Of a DNA stretch of 64,000 bases, positions 39,201-51,674 are shown piece by piece (the first letter of the stretch is position 1; the number at the start of each line of letters is the position of its first letter). Source of the stretch: Amphiscolops sp. MND2022 (Eukaryota); assembly GCA_964187785.1 (NCBI GenBank), contig OZ076409.1:34412001-34476000 (forward strand), given 5' to 3'. Made by a program: the position numbers and the translations under genes. The notes below the pieces were generated by a model. The model saw only the letters and a list, made by a program, of their open reading frames with translations. It searched no databases and was not told the origin of the DNA.

Positions 39201-42200
39201 ATTAATTACAATGCTAAAAACACGACTGTTGTGTTCTTGAAAATTGGTTCAAGCCAATTCAAAGTGAGGATGGTGCGACAAAATGTCAAAGAACTCACGT
39301 TCTATTTTCAATGTTCAATCACACCAGTAAATGCAGCAACAGTTGAAATGATGACCAGAAAGTACTGAAGCCATTTGTTGCATTTTTTGTGATAGCACGT
39401 AAAGAAATGAAACAAGGAGGTCGAACATTAGCGTGGTCTCCTGACAAACAATACCTAATATCAGTTCCTTATTGGACGTTTCTTTTCGTCAGATTATGTT
39501 CACTCAATAGCGATGTAGACTCAATAACAATTTTGTGAGTATTCAATTAAACATTATTAATCTGAATTGCCACCTTTTTGTGCGATAACAGATTATTTGG
39601 TTTTCCGTTTGTTCAAGGAAGGTATTGATGTATGCTTTTCCTGGTTATTTCGACGCTAAAATTTGTTTTAACAAGCCGGGAACGCCCAAAGTCGGCGCTA
39701 TATCTAAGGCTCAAAAAGCGCAAAGTTTTTAAAATTGTAAAAGGGGGACCCTTTGGGCTTTTTGAAACTACAGTTTGTTGTAAAAGGGGGACCCTTTGGG
39801 CTTTTTGAAACTACAGTTTGTTGTAAAATATGAAAAAAATTGAAGGGGGACCCTTTGAAGACTTTGAAAAATTTTCGAAAAAATAATCGGAAAAATGAGA
39901 TTTTTGAATTGTGTCAGTGTGCCGAAAAATGTAAAGGGGGGCCCTTTGGGATTTTTTCACCATCCATTCTGTTGCAAAATATCGAAACAAATGAAGGGGG
40001 ACCCTTTGGTGCAATCCAAAAATTTTCAAAAAAAATATAGTGCCGAAAAAATCTAGGTGAAAAAAAAAGATACCCAAAGGGGGGATCCTTAGTATGTTTT
40101 CGAGGTTCTGGACGTCGTTTTGTTTCTTTTTGTTTTGGACGAGGTTCTGAGGTTTCGAGTGTTTTGAACCTCCGTAGTTCAAGTTGTTACGCGTCTAAAA
40201 AAACTACCCACTGTGAGAGTCGAGCACATTTTTTTCAAAAGCGCCGACTAAAAACAACCATTTGATGTCTGCCTTCAATGTATTTATTGATTATCTTACA
40301 ACTTTTCTTCATCTATTGTTTCAATAACAACTCTGAAAGTTTCTTAACAGATGGCGTCACTTCATGCCAATGTTATACCAATAAAACTATTTCGGAGTCC
40401 TAAATTAACAGGGTACAAGATGAACAAAATTGCAGAAAACTTTTGGATTAGAAAAGACATTGGTTTTACCTCAGTAATTTTGATGACGATTGAGGCTGTA
40501 TTTGCGAATTTTGGGTTCTACGGTACTGAACCGTTTCATGATTTCCCACAAATAATTTGATATATCGGAACTCTATTATAACGTTTCTTTTTTAGAGGTT
40601 TAACCATTTCTATTCTACCTACAACGCCGATTTACAGGACTTTACACCGACTAACCATTCGATTTTCTAACGCTTGTCATTGGAATCCAGTTGTAATTTC
40701 GAAATTTTTCATCGAGTACTTTGTTCCCCCAAATTATTTATCGAAGCTTTCTTTGTTCCTTTTTTCAGATAAAAAAAGTAGCATTTGACCTTAAAATGCC
40801 AAGATAGTTGAAATGCTCCCTGACCTTGACCAAAGCAGGAGGCATAGTCCGCGAACGGTTCCACGTGAGACAACAGCACTTTCCTCAGAAAACCCTCCTC
40901 GCTTTAATTCTCAAGAAATGGAGCCTCTATACAGTGCGCCATCGTTTGGCAGAAAAACTGACGTTTGTCAAAAGCCAAAAATTTGATGCAAGAAAAACTC
41001 GAGTGTTGGAAATCAGGAAATAACAAAGGTTCCTTCTGTTGGCTCATCGAAACACCGTGCGCTATTTTCAGTGAAAAAAACGGTGAATCACATTTATTCC
41101 AGTATCATAGTCAAATGAAACCTGGTTGCAATGTTAAACTGCTGAATGCCAATGTTAATGATATCATGAGAGCTACCAACACAACCCTTTTTATTCAATA
41201 GAGCCATTTGTACCGTTGGAAAAACTGAATCGTGTAAATGTTAAATTACCTCACTCTTTGGAAAATTCCGAGTTCCGTTACTGCAAGTTAGTGTTTACAA
41301 CAGTGACTATACGAGTTTAATTTCTTTGTCAATACAGAGGTAGCTTCTACAGATATCCTCAGTTGTAATGAACACAGAACTCGATTTTCAAGACGGTGGA
41401 TGCATTGATTACTTTCTGTGGTTTTTCGTGAAATACTTATTTTTCTTCAATTCGATCATTTCTCAAAAATACTTACAAAAATTCTTCCTCGTAAATACTC
41501 TAGTTTCAAACATAGTGTCCAAATGACACTGACAGGCTCTTCGAGGCTTCCACTAAACGGGCGATAGCCTTCTGGAGGTCTTTTCTGGCTTTTAAGCTAG
41601 ATAAATTAATTAATTATTATTACTTTCCGCTACAGCTAACTAAATAAAATGTATGTCCTGGCTGTTTTGTGATGGTCAAAGGTGTCTCCAAAACTGCGGA
41701 TGCCTCGCTGATTTTTCAAGAAGAATTTGGCAGTGACAGTGTTAGTATCTTGAAGGAATTATGACCTCTAGAAGAAGTGAAGGATGCGTCGTCGACACCG
41801 ACAGCTCCTACAGACCTTTTCGTGACAGCAGACAGAGAAGAGATGTCACAGAATGCTACTGATTTCGACCCATTTTGCTGGATGATTTAATTACAAGTAA
41901 CGCAATTAATTACAATGCTAAAAACACGACTGTTGTGTTCTTGAAAATTGGTTCAAGCCAATTCAAAGTGAGGATGGTGCGACAAAATGTCAAAGAACTC
42001 ACGTTCTATTTTCAATGTTCAATCACACCAGTAAATGCAGCAACAGTTGAAATGATGACCAGAAAGTACTGAAGCCATTTGTTGCATTTTTTGTGATAGC
42101 ACGTAAAGAAATGAAACAAGGAGGTCGAACATTAGCGTGGTCTCCTGACAAACAATACCTAATATCAGTTCCTTATTGGACGTTTCTTTTCGTCAGATTA

Positions 42201-45200
42201 TGTTCACTCAATAGCGATGTAGACTCAATAACAATTTTGTGAGTATTCAATTAAACATTATTAATCTGAATTGCCACCTTTTTGTGCGATAACAGATTAT
42301 TTGGTTTTCCGTTTGTTCAAGAAAGGTATTGATGTATGCTTTTCCTGGTTATTTCGACGCTAAAAATTTGTTTTAACAAGCCGGGAACGCCCAAAGTCGG
42401 CGCTATATCTAAGGCTCAAAAAGCGCAAAGTTTTTAAAATTGTAAAAGGGGGACCCTTTGGGCTTTTTGAAACTACAGTTTGTTGTAAAAGGGGGACCCT
42501 TTGGGCTTTTTGAAACTACAGTTTGTTGTAAAATATGAAAAAAATTGAAGGGGGACCCTTTGAAGACTTTGAAAAATTTTCGAAAAAATAATCGGAAAAA
42601 TGAGATTTTTGAATTGTGTCAGTGTGCCGAAAAATGTAAAGGGGGGCCCTTTGGGATTTTTTCACCATCCATTCTGTTGCAAAATATCGAAACAAATGAA
42701 GGGGGACCCTTTGGTGCAATCCAAAAATTTTCAAAAAAAATATAGTGCCGAAAAAATCTAGGTGAAAAAAAAAGATACCCAAAGGGGGGATCCTTAGTAT
42801 GTTTTCGAGGTTCTGGACGTCGTTTTGTTTCTTTTTGTTTTGGACGAGGTTCTGAGGTTTCGAGTGTTTTGAACCTCCGTAGTTCAAGTTGTTACGCGTC
42901 TAAAAAAACTACCCACTGTGAGAGTCGAGCACATTTTTTTCAAAAGCGCCGACTAAAAACAACCATTTGATGTCTGCCTTCAATGTATTTATTGATTATC
43001 TTACAACTTTTCTTCATCTATTGTTTCAATAACAACTCTGAAAGTTTCTTAACAGATGGCGTCACTTCATGCCAATGTTATACCAATAAAACTATTTCGG
43101 AGTCCTAAATTAACAGGGTACAAGATGAACAAAATTGCAGAAAACTTTTGGATTAGAAAAGACGTTGGTTTTACCTCAGTAATTTTGATGACGATTGAGG
43201 CTGTATTTGCGAATTTTGGGTTCTACGGTACTGAACCGTTTCATGATTTCCCACAAATATTTTGATATATCGGAACTCTATTATAACGTTTCTTTTTTAG
43301 AGGTTTAACCATTTCTATTCTACCTACAACGCCGATTTACAGGACTTTACACCGACTAACCATTCGATTTTCTAACGCTTGTCATTGGAATCCAGTTGTA
43401 ATTTCGAAATTTTTCATCGAGTACTTTGTTCCCCCAAATTATTTATCGAAGCTTTCTTTGTTCCTTTTTTCAGATAAAAAAAGTAGCATTTGACCTTAAA
43501 ATGCCAAGATAGTTGAAATGCTCCCTGACCTTGACCAAAGCAGGAGGCATAGTCCGCGAACGGTTCCACGTGAGACAACAGCACTTTCCTCAGAAAACCC
43601 TCCTCGCTTTAATTCTCAAGAAATGGAGCCTCTATACAGTGCGCCATCGTTTGGCAGAAAAACTGACGTTTGTCAAAAGCCAAAAATTTGATGCAAGAAA
43701 AACTCGAGTGTTGGAAATCAGGAAATAACAAAGGTTCCTTCTGTTGGCTCATCGAAACACCGTGCGCTATTTTCAGTGAAAAAAAACCGGTGAATCACAT
43801 TTATTCCAGTATCATAGTCAAATGAAACCTGGTTGCAATGTTAAACTGCTGAATGCCAATGTTGTTGATATCATGAGAGCTACCAACACAACCCTTTTTA
43901 TTCAATAGAGCCATTTGTACCGTTGGAAAAACTGAATCGTGTAAATGTTAAATTACCTCACTCTTTGGAAAATTCCGAGTTCCGTTACTGCAAGTTAGTG
44001 TTTACAACAGTGACTATACGAGTTTAATTTCTTTGTCAATACAGAGGTAGCTTCTACAGATATCCTCAGTTGTAATGAACACAGAACTCGATTTTCAAGA
44101 CGGCGGATGCATTGATTACTTTCTGTGGTTTTTCGTGAAATACTTATTTTTCTTCAATTCGATCATTTCTCAAAAATACTTACAAAAATTCTTCCTCGTA
44201 AATACTTTAGTTTCAAACATAGTGTCCAAATGACACTGACAGGCTCTTCGAGGCTTCCACTAAACGGGCGATAGCCTTCTGGAGGTCTTTTCTGGCTTTT
44301 AAGCTAGATAAATTAATTAATTATTATTACTTTCCGCTACAGCTAACTAAATAAAATGTATGTCCTGGCTGTTTTGTGATGGTCAAAGGTGTCTCCAAAA
44401 CTGCGGATGCCTCGCTGATTTTTCAAGAAGAATTTGGCAGTGACAGTGTTAGTATCTTGAAGGAATTATGACCTCTAGAAGAAGTGAAGGATGCGTCGTC
44501 GACACCGACAGCTCCTACAGACCTTTTCGTGACAGCAGACAGAGAAGAGATGTCACAGAATGCTACTGATTTCGACCCATTTTGCTGGATGATTTAATTA
44601 CAAGTAACGCAATTAATTACAATGCTAAAAACACGACTGTTGTGTTCTTGAAAATTGGTTCAAGCCAATTCAAAGTGAGGATGGTGCGACAAAATGTCAA
44701 AGAACTCACGTTCTATTTTCAATGTTCAATCACACCAGTAAATGCAGCAACAGTTGAAATGATGACCAGAAAGTACTGAAGCCATTTGTTGCATTTTTTG
44801 TGATAGCACGTAAAGAATTGAAACAAGGAGGTCGAACATTAGCGTGGTCTCCTGACAAACAATACCTAATATCAGTTCCTTATTGGACGTTTCTTTTCGT
44901 CAGATTATGTTCACTCAATAGCGATGTAGACTCAATAACAATTTTGTGAGTATTCAATTAAACATTATTAATCTGAATTGCCACCTTTTTGTGCAATAAC
45001 AGATTATTTGGTTTTCCGTTTGTTCAAGGAAGGTATTGATGTATGCTTTTCCTGGTTATTTCGACGCTAAAATTTGTTTTAACAAGCCGGGAACGCCCAA
45101 AGTCGGCGCTATATCTAAGGCTCAAAAAGCGCAAAGTTTTTAAAATTGTAAAAGGGGGACCCTTTGGGCTTTTTGAAACTACAGTTTGTTGTAAAAGGGG

Positions 45201-48200
45201 GACCCTTTGGGCTTTTTGAAACTACAGTTTGTTGTAAAATATGAAAAAAATTGAAGGGGGACCCTTTGAAGACTTTGAAAAATTTTCGAAAAAATAATCG
45301 GAAAAATGAGATTTTTGAATTGTGTCAGTGTGCCGAAAAATGTAAAGGGGGGCCCTTTGGGATTTTTTCACCATCCTTTCTGTTGCAAAATATCGAAACA
45401 AATGAAGGGGGACCCTTTGGTGCAATCCAAAAATTTTCAAAAAAAATATAGTGCCGAAAAAATCTAGGTGAAAAAAAAAGATACCCAAAGGGGGGATCCT
45501 TAGTATGTTTTCGAGGTTCTGGACGTCGTTTTGTTTCTTTTTGTTTTGGACGAGGTTCTGAGGTTTCGAGTGTTTTGAACCTCCGTAGTTCAAGTTGTTA
45601 CGCGTCTAAAAAAACTACCCACTGTGAGAGTCGAGCACATTTTTTTCAAAAGCGCCGACTAAAAACAACCATTTGATGTCTGCCTTCAATGTATTTATTG
45701 ATTATCTTACAACTTTTCTTCATCTATTGTTTCAATAACAACTCTGAAAGTTTCTTAACAGATGGCGTCACTTCATGCCAATGTTATACCAATAAAACTA
45801 TTTCGGAGTCCTAAATTAACAGGGTACAAGATGAACAAAATTGCAGAAAACTTTTGGATTAGAAAAGACGTTGGTTTTACCTCAGTAATTTTGATGACGA
45901 TTGAGGCTGTATTTGCGAATTTTGGGTTCTACGGTACTGAACTGTTTCATGATTTCCCACAAATATTTTGATATATCGGAACTCTATTATAACGTTTCTT
46001 TTTTAGAGGTTTAACCATTTCTATTCTACCTACAACGCCGATTTACAGGACTTTACACCGACTAACCATTCGATTTTCTAACGCTTGTCATTGGAATCCA
46101 GTTGTAATTTCGAAATTTTTCATCGAGTACTTTGTTCCCCCAAATTATTTATCGAAGCTTTCTTTGTTCCTTTTTTCAGATAAAAAAAGTAGCATTTGAC
46201 CTTAAAATGCCAAGATAGTTGAAATGCTCCCTGACCTTGACCAAAGCAGGAGGCATAGTCCGCGAACGGTTCCACGTGAGACAACAGCACTTTCCTCAGG
46301 AAACCCTCCTCGCTTTAATTCTCAAGAAATGGAGCCTCTATACAGTGCGCCATCGTTTGGCAGAAAAACTGACGTTTGTCAAAAGCCAAAAATTTGATGC
46401 AAAAATTTGATATATCGGAAGTCTTACTTTTTTGAAGTGTCTTTCTTTAAACATAAAATTTTAAAAGCACATATTTTTAGGATTAATCGTTCCTTCCACT
46501 GTTTTCTGAAAGCGTGCCGTAAGCTCATATAGAAGTCAAACAATTGGAATTGTCACTTTCTACAAGGAGCTTTGATGTTGTTTACAAATCCAGTGAACAC
46601 CCGTAAAGACGGAGACCCATCTTGATGAATTCTAAAACTTTTGATAAATTCTAAAATCGTACATGAAAACTAAAAAGGGGACCCTTTGGAAAAAAATGAT
46701 GAAAATCGCACAGGTCCAAACAAACCTCGATTTTATACAGAAGGGAGAAAATAAAAAGTACAAGCTGGAGTCAAACCCGGTCGTCCTATCTCGAAGCCAC
46801 AGCGTAACTACTAGGTCAACTAGAGTATTGGCCGCACTACCAGCTTTAGTCTAATCGGCCCAAAACAAGACGAGCTTTAAAGTCGGCACCCGTTTTAGTC
46901 TCAAAAAGCTACATCTCATAAAAACGCTCTAAAGTGGCTTTTAAGAAACTCATAAATCGCAGTGTCAAAGAACAACGGAATGGTCTCGAAAGTCGTGTTT
47001 CTCTGAAAACACCAAAATGGTGAAATCGCTGAAAACCCAGAGGGAACCCTTTAGTGGAACGAAAACGAACAAACCAAAGGACTCTCTAATCCGTCAAGAA
47101 GTGTGAATATTGAAAAAACTTGAACTGAACAGGATTCAAACGCACGACCTCTTGCTTCAAAAGAGCGCATCCACCCACTAGGCCAAGCAGCGGTGCGAAC
47201 GAAGTCTGTTCAAAAGTGGACTTTTGAGTGTGAGATCTGTGGTGCGGTAAAACTTTCCACAGTAAGATTCGGGTAGTTTTGTAACAGAAAGCGCATACAA
47301 AAACGGAGATTGAATGAAACTTGAAGCAGCTGAAGCGAGAAAACTTGGCCATTCATCATAAATCTACGTAGTTTCAAATAAACGGAAAAAGTATCGTAAT
47401 ACTTCCATCCCCGAGACATGATAAACATTTGGAAATCCATTCCACAATTAAAGGTACATACTCTCAAAGAAGACAGGATGCATGCAATTCGAAGATTGAG
47501 AAAAATATATTTAAACTTACTTCAATAGCATTTTGGAATCCATAAAAACAGCGGGCTTCTGGAATTTGAACTTCCTGAGAAAACCTGGAAACCAGATTTT
47601 CGATCACGATTCCATCGCTCGCAGCAAAAAAAGCCAGAACTATGCAAATAAAATTGCGCTCTTCTACCTGAAATCACTCTCAAAATGATCGATGAGCTGC
47701 AGTTTCAAAAACAGCAGAAAATGTTTGCAGATACCAACAGATAATTCATTGAATTTATCTTTTCCAAGATCCACTTCTTCAACTGTCCAGAAACTTGCTG
47801 AAAAAATCAAAGATTTCAATATAAAAATTCTTGAGTAAGAAATAGAAAATGTGCTTTTATTTGGAAACTTTAAACACTTTCGACTCATGGTAATCTATTA
47901 TGATAGCAGAGCTACTCATACACAAAACTACTAAGGCGTCAGTCACTTCCAGATACTTCAAATAGCTTCAGTGATTGTCGTTGAAGATAGCCAAGTGCAC
48001 CCAGGGGTGTGCAATATATAATTGCGATATATATTGCAACAAAATCATCGTCATTAACATAAAAACGCATGTCATCATTATCATTTGTCAGTAGATTTTC
48101 ACAAGCCTTTGCTTTTGCTTCTCAAATATTGCAATAATTGACGAATTTGCAATCAATATATTGGAAATAGAAATTCTTAATCAATATATTGCAAAATTGC

Positions 48201-48920
48201 TGGACGGTGTACTTGGCAGTCTTCAATGACAATCACCAATCATATCAGTTGACAAAGCTAGGCGACAATGAATCCTGATTAACTGATCAGAAATTTGTAA
48301 TTATGAATCATAAATTATGATTGTTGGGAGAAGGAAACCAAGTCAGGGGTCTCCAAACCATAATGGCGTGAAAAATAAATGGCAATTAATGGAATCAATT
48401 AATGAATCGGACAGTACCGAATTAATGGAAAACGACCCCCATTTTTAACCATAATCACCATGGCATGCTGCAAACGAGGATAACTGAATCAAACCCACGC
48501 AATTTGCCATGCACCGATCAAAGCTACGCGAAAAATATAGTAATTTACAGTAGAGGGTGTTTATAACGGAGTGTTTCATAACGACGAGCGTTTATAACGA
48601 CCCTTTTCCAAATTCTGTCATATAACAAATGCTTGTAACGACAATCTTTATAACGACGATTATTACACCGACATTGAAATCAACTGCCCCTGAGGGTCGT
48701 CATAAAACACCTACTGTAATAATTACAATTCTCAATCAAAATGCGACTCGGAAATTATACCTTGAGCCTTCTTGTATAAAGTCCACAAATCCGAGTAAAC
48801 GATTGGGTAGACGACCAGTCTGTTTCCTGATGGAGAGAGAATTGGCTCGTCGTCCTTTTCGGAATGCTTTCCGTTCATTCCATTGCACGAGCCGTTCATA
48901 TGTTGCTCGTTGAAAGACAT
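26972..48920 (-). CDS. RRM2: Ribonucleoside-diphosphate reductase small subunit (R2), 9 coding exons, about 352 aa
   Basis: Hand-spliced exons: 48761-48920, 47739-47797, 47521-47667, 33439-33529, 33306-33361, 33084-33175, 32940-32991, 32763-32870, 26972-27265. All introns are GT-AG with matching phases; total 1059 nt. Motifs: [87 protein letters not shown]. All six di-iron ligands and the radical Tyr are present. Confidence 0.97.
30006..31418 (-). mobile_element. Adjacent DINE/HINE-like Helentron copies (30006-30517, 30789-31418) in RRM2 intron 8
   Basis: Both have the family termini. The first carries a tRNA-like segment at about 30305-30380. Confidence 0.75.
32763..33529 (-). CDS. RRM2: RRM2 coding exons 4-8
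   Basis: [17 protein letters not shown] / [14 protein letters not shown] / [28 protein letters not shown] / [16 protein letters not shown] / GLHCEFAC...EAVAIEKE, separated by short GT-AG introns. Not visible in the ORF track. Confidence 0.95.
37382..46402. repeat. Tandem array of an approximately 2705-bp unit (3 full copies plus a partial) inside RRM2 intron 3
   Basis: Unit starts (GGAACTCTATTATAACG) at 37382, 40567, 43272 and 45978. Copies are near-identical. Copy 1 has an extra ~480 bp. Each full unit contains a Helentron-like copy (39670-40252 and equivalents). Confidence 0.97.
47521..47797 (-). CDS. RRM2: RRM2 coding exons 2-3 (47739-47797, 47521-47667)
   Basis: [14 protein letters not shown] and [49 protein letters not shown]; the second ends at a GTAAGT donor. 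Confidence 0.95.
47971..48236. repeat. MITE-like element with 31-bp inverted termini in RRM2 intron 1
   Basis: GTGATTGTCGTTGAAGATAGCCAAGTGCACC is nearly the reverse complement of 48206-48236. Confidence 0.65.
48548..48716. mobile_element. Tc1/mariner-type MITE in RRM2 intron 1
   Basis: TA|CAGTAG...CTACTG|TA with internal ATAACGAC repeats. Confidence 0.7.
48761..48920 (-). CDS. RRM2: RRM2 coding exon 1
   Basis: MSFNEQ...[30 protein letters not shown], followed by a G|GTATAA donor. Confidence 0.9.
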
Positions 48921-49321
48921 TCTCCCTCAAAGTTCGAACTAAGACTGTTTCAAACTGAACAGAGGCATACTTCGCGTAAAAGATTGCCTCAACTTGACAA
49001 CACCAATCTGGAATATACACAGCCCGAGAATTCACTGAGTGCTACCGGGTAATTCAAATAACATTCTGACGCTATTATTCTTATTTTTCTCTCGGATGGC
49101 ATTAACTCGTGTAGGCCGGTAACTGTTTCTATGAAAAACCGACACTATTAGAAAATTAAACAGGTATCGATACCAGTATCAGTCGCCAAAATTATGATAA
49201 CTAGTATCATGAACTCTTTTTTGAAGGAGGGGTCTCGAAAGTGTTCCATTAGGTGTCATGAAGAAAAACTTCAATTGATTAAACTAACTGTCCAAGTTGA
49301 AATGGGTTGTGTACAGATGAC

Positions 49322-50664
49322 CAGGGATGTTCAACAATTAATTGCAATTAATTGGTCTGAAGAAAAAACTACCAATGAATCATTGCAAAAAGGTGGCTGT
49401 AAACAGGTCGAATTTTTCTGGTCGAAAGGACAGAGGTCGAACCTTTTGATCGAATTGCAGGGATCGAATGGAATGCGGTCGAATTTTATCGTATTTGTTG
49501 TATGGCTCGGTCGCTTCGCTCCCTTCGCCAAGTAGCAACATTGAGGCATGGCCATATGGCACGTCGCTCCGCTTCGCTCCTGCATAAAAAGCACTAGGGG
49601 TATGTAAACATATCTGACTACGTTATAAAAATTTCGATCCGAGTTGTTTCGATCCCATTCAAAAATTTGGTATGTCGACCTGAGGACTAACTCTGATTTT
49701 CGATCCCGTTCCTTCGACCTACTTCCGCCCACCCATTGCAAAAAATCGACTTTTCCAATGAATAATTGCAATTATTGCAATTATTGGGAAAACAAAAAAA
49801 ATCAGCAGAAAAATCAATTCACATCAATTTTCCTTGTTCAAAACCTTAGAAACTGTATGTATGTTCCACAATTTAGAATTAGCTTTGAGAAAAAGCTGTT
49901 GCTCCAAATGTTCAGGCGTCAAACGCTGTCTCAAATTGGTCAAAGCCAGGCCAGCAACGCTGAAAAATCTCTCCAGCAGATTAGATGTCGGCAGTAAAAA
50001 GTGCAAATCAAAATAATCCGACGATGTTGACACTTTAGCTCTTTTTGAGTATCATCGAAGCAAAATCGTCATCATCAGAGCGAGTCTTAATCTCGGGCTC
50101 GCCTTCAATTTTCTTCAGCCTTGCAAAAGCTATCTTTTCACACAAAGCTAAATCATTCTCCCGTTGTTCCAGTGTTTTTACAACACCTGATTCGAAATGT
50201 CTGCTTTTGAAGACACGCGCATTAGAACCAAGGTATTTGTTCTCCTTATCTATATTTTTGAATTGCAAACCCAATCTAGCCAAGCGAAAACGTTTTGCGC
50301 CTTCTTGTTTATAAGGCCAAGTGATGGATCCAATAAAGTAGACTGTCCATTCTCTGGATTTTCCTCAAATTGTTTGGATGCATCTGGGTGTTGAGATATA
50401 TGCATACGCAAGTTGGTCCACCGAGAACCCTCCTGTCTCTTCCCGCATTGACATTTCCACAAGCCCTTCCCATCTGCATCCGGCATTTTCTGGAAAAAAT
50501 TGAGGCAAACTTCCTCAGTTATTCGTTTTGACATGACGACCTGAAAAATTGGCAAAAATTGGTAACCTGCCAATGATTATTGCTGAAAATAATTCTTACC
50601 AATCAATCATTGTTATCAAAATATTGCAATCATTGCAATTTCAATTATTGATTGAACATCCCTG
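49322..50664 (-). mobile_element. Internally deleted hAT DNA transposon
   Basis: TIRs CAGGGATGTTCAA / TTGAACATCCCTG and 8-bp TSD CAGATGAC (49314-49321, 50665-50672). BED-like N-terminus WKCQCG..WTNL..HI.QH and hAT dimerisation motif PTSNLLERFFSVAG..LT..RQRL.P..LEQ.LFL. Confidence 0.9.
49391..49734. mobile_element. Mutator-like MITE nested in the hAT element
   Basis: Imperfect TIRs GGTGG...AGGTCGAA / TTCGACCT...CCACC, flanked by an approximately 9-bp direct repeat ATTGCAAAA. Confidence 0.55.
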
Positions 50665-50875
50665 CAGATGACCGTCGCATATTTGGGGATACTTTCATTT
50701 GCTATAACTTAGCTGGTTCGGTTCCTTCATACAACTTCTCGGTGAGTGCCGTTGTGCGAGTGATGAAAATGAGTTTGTGTTGGACTGCATTCGTGATAGA
50801 CTTGTATACATTTTGAGGCAAAGTTTTAACAGGTTTTGCTAAATTCTTTGGTAAATTTACAATTTTGAGGTTATA

Positions 50876-51051
50876 CCGTATTTCTTCGAATACAGGACGC
50901 GGCTCGAAAGTTTTTTCCGTAGCGATTTCGCCGCCTCTATTCGAAGAAAAACTGTTATCTATGGCTTTTAGGATAAAATTTTCAGGCTTAATGCGGCTTC
51001 TAATCGGGAGCGGTCTATATTCGAGGCCAACTTCTATTCGAAGAAATACGG
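50876..51051. mobile_element. Tc1/mariner (pogo-type) MITE
   Basis: Perfect 17-bp TIR CCGTATTTCTTCGAATA with a TA TSD. Confidence 0.8.
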
Positions 51052-51674
51052 TAACTTTCGAGTAATGTTTTTGACCCTTTGATCCCATGGAAAATGACTA
51101 CATAGACGGCCAAAAAGGATCCTATGACCCCGTGCAAAAGGACTCCATGGAAAAACTTAAGGATATATTTGGAAAATAGGTGACAAAATCACGAGGAAAT
51201 CAAGGTCTTTGAGTTAAAGCAAAATAATGTGGGGTCATATTCGGTGTATGCTTTCTTGACTTCACCGTTGCAAAGACCAGCTCCCATTACGATCGCTTCG
51301 CGATCTCCGTTCCCGCTAGGTCTTTGCTCCTGTTCGACCTCACTTGGCAAGATGGGAACATAAGCGCCCCCAAGGGGCCGCGGGGCAGGCGAGGAAATGG
51401 AGACCTATCCGAGGCACGTTTCATACTGATAATTCATATGTCTATTTCTTCTTTTGTCCAAATTATCGTATTTTTAGACCCTTTCATATCAATTCTCTTG
51501 ATCTTTTCATCTCTGATGACTGTGCCATTATTAGAAATTTTTATCTCCGGTACAAATATTATTTAATGTACTGAAACTGCCGTATGCGATCCTGCCTAAT
51601 ATGTATGCATCCACTATATTGTAACTGTTCTTGAATTGTTCTGTTTCATACATTTATATATATCGTGTGTGCGA

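Noticed and set aside
51513..51540. Second CTGATGA...GAAA hammerhead candidate
   Set aside because: No convincing stems I-III around the core.
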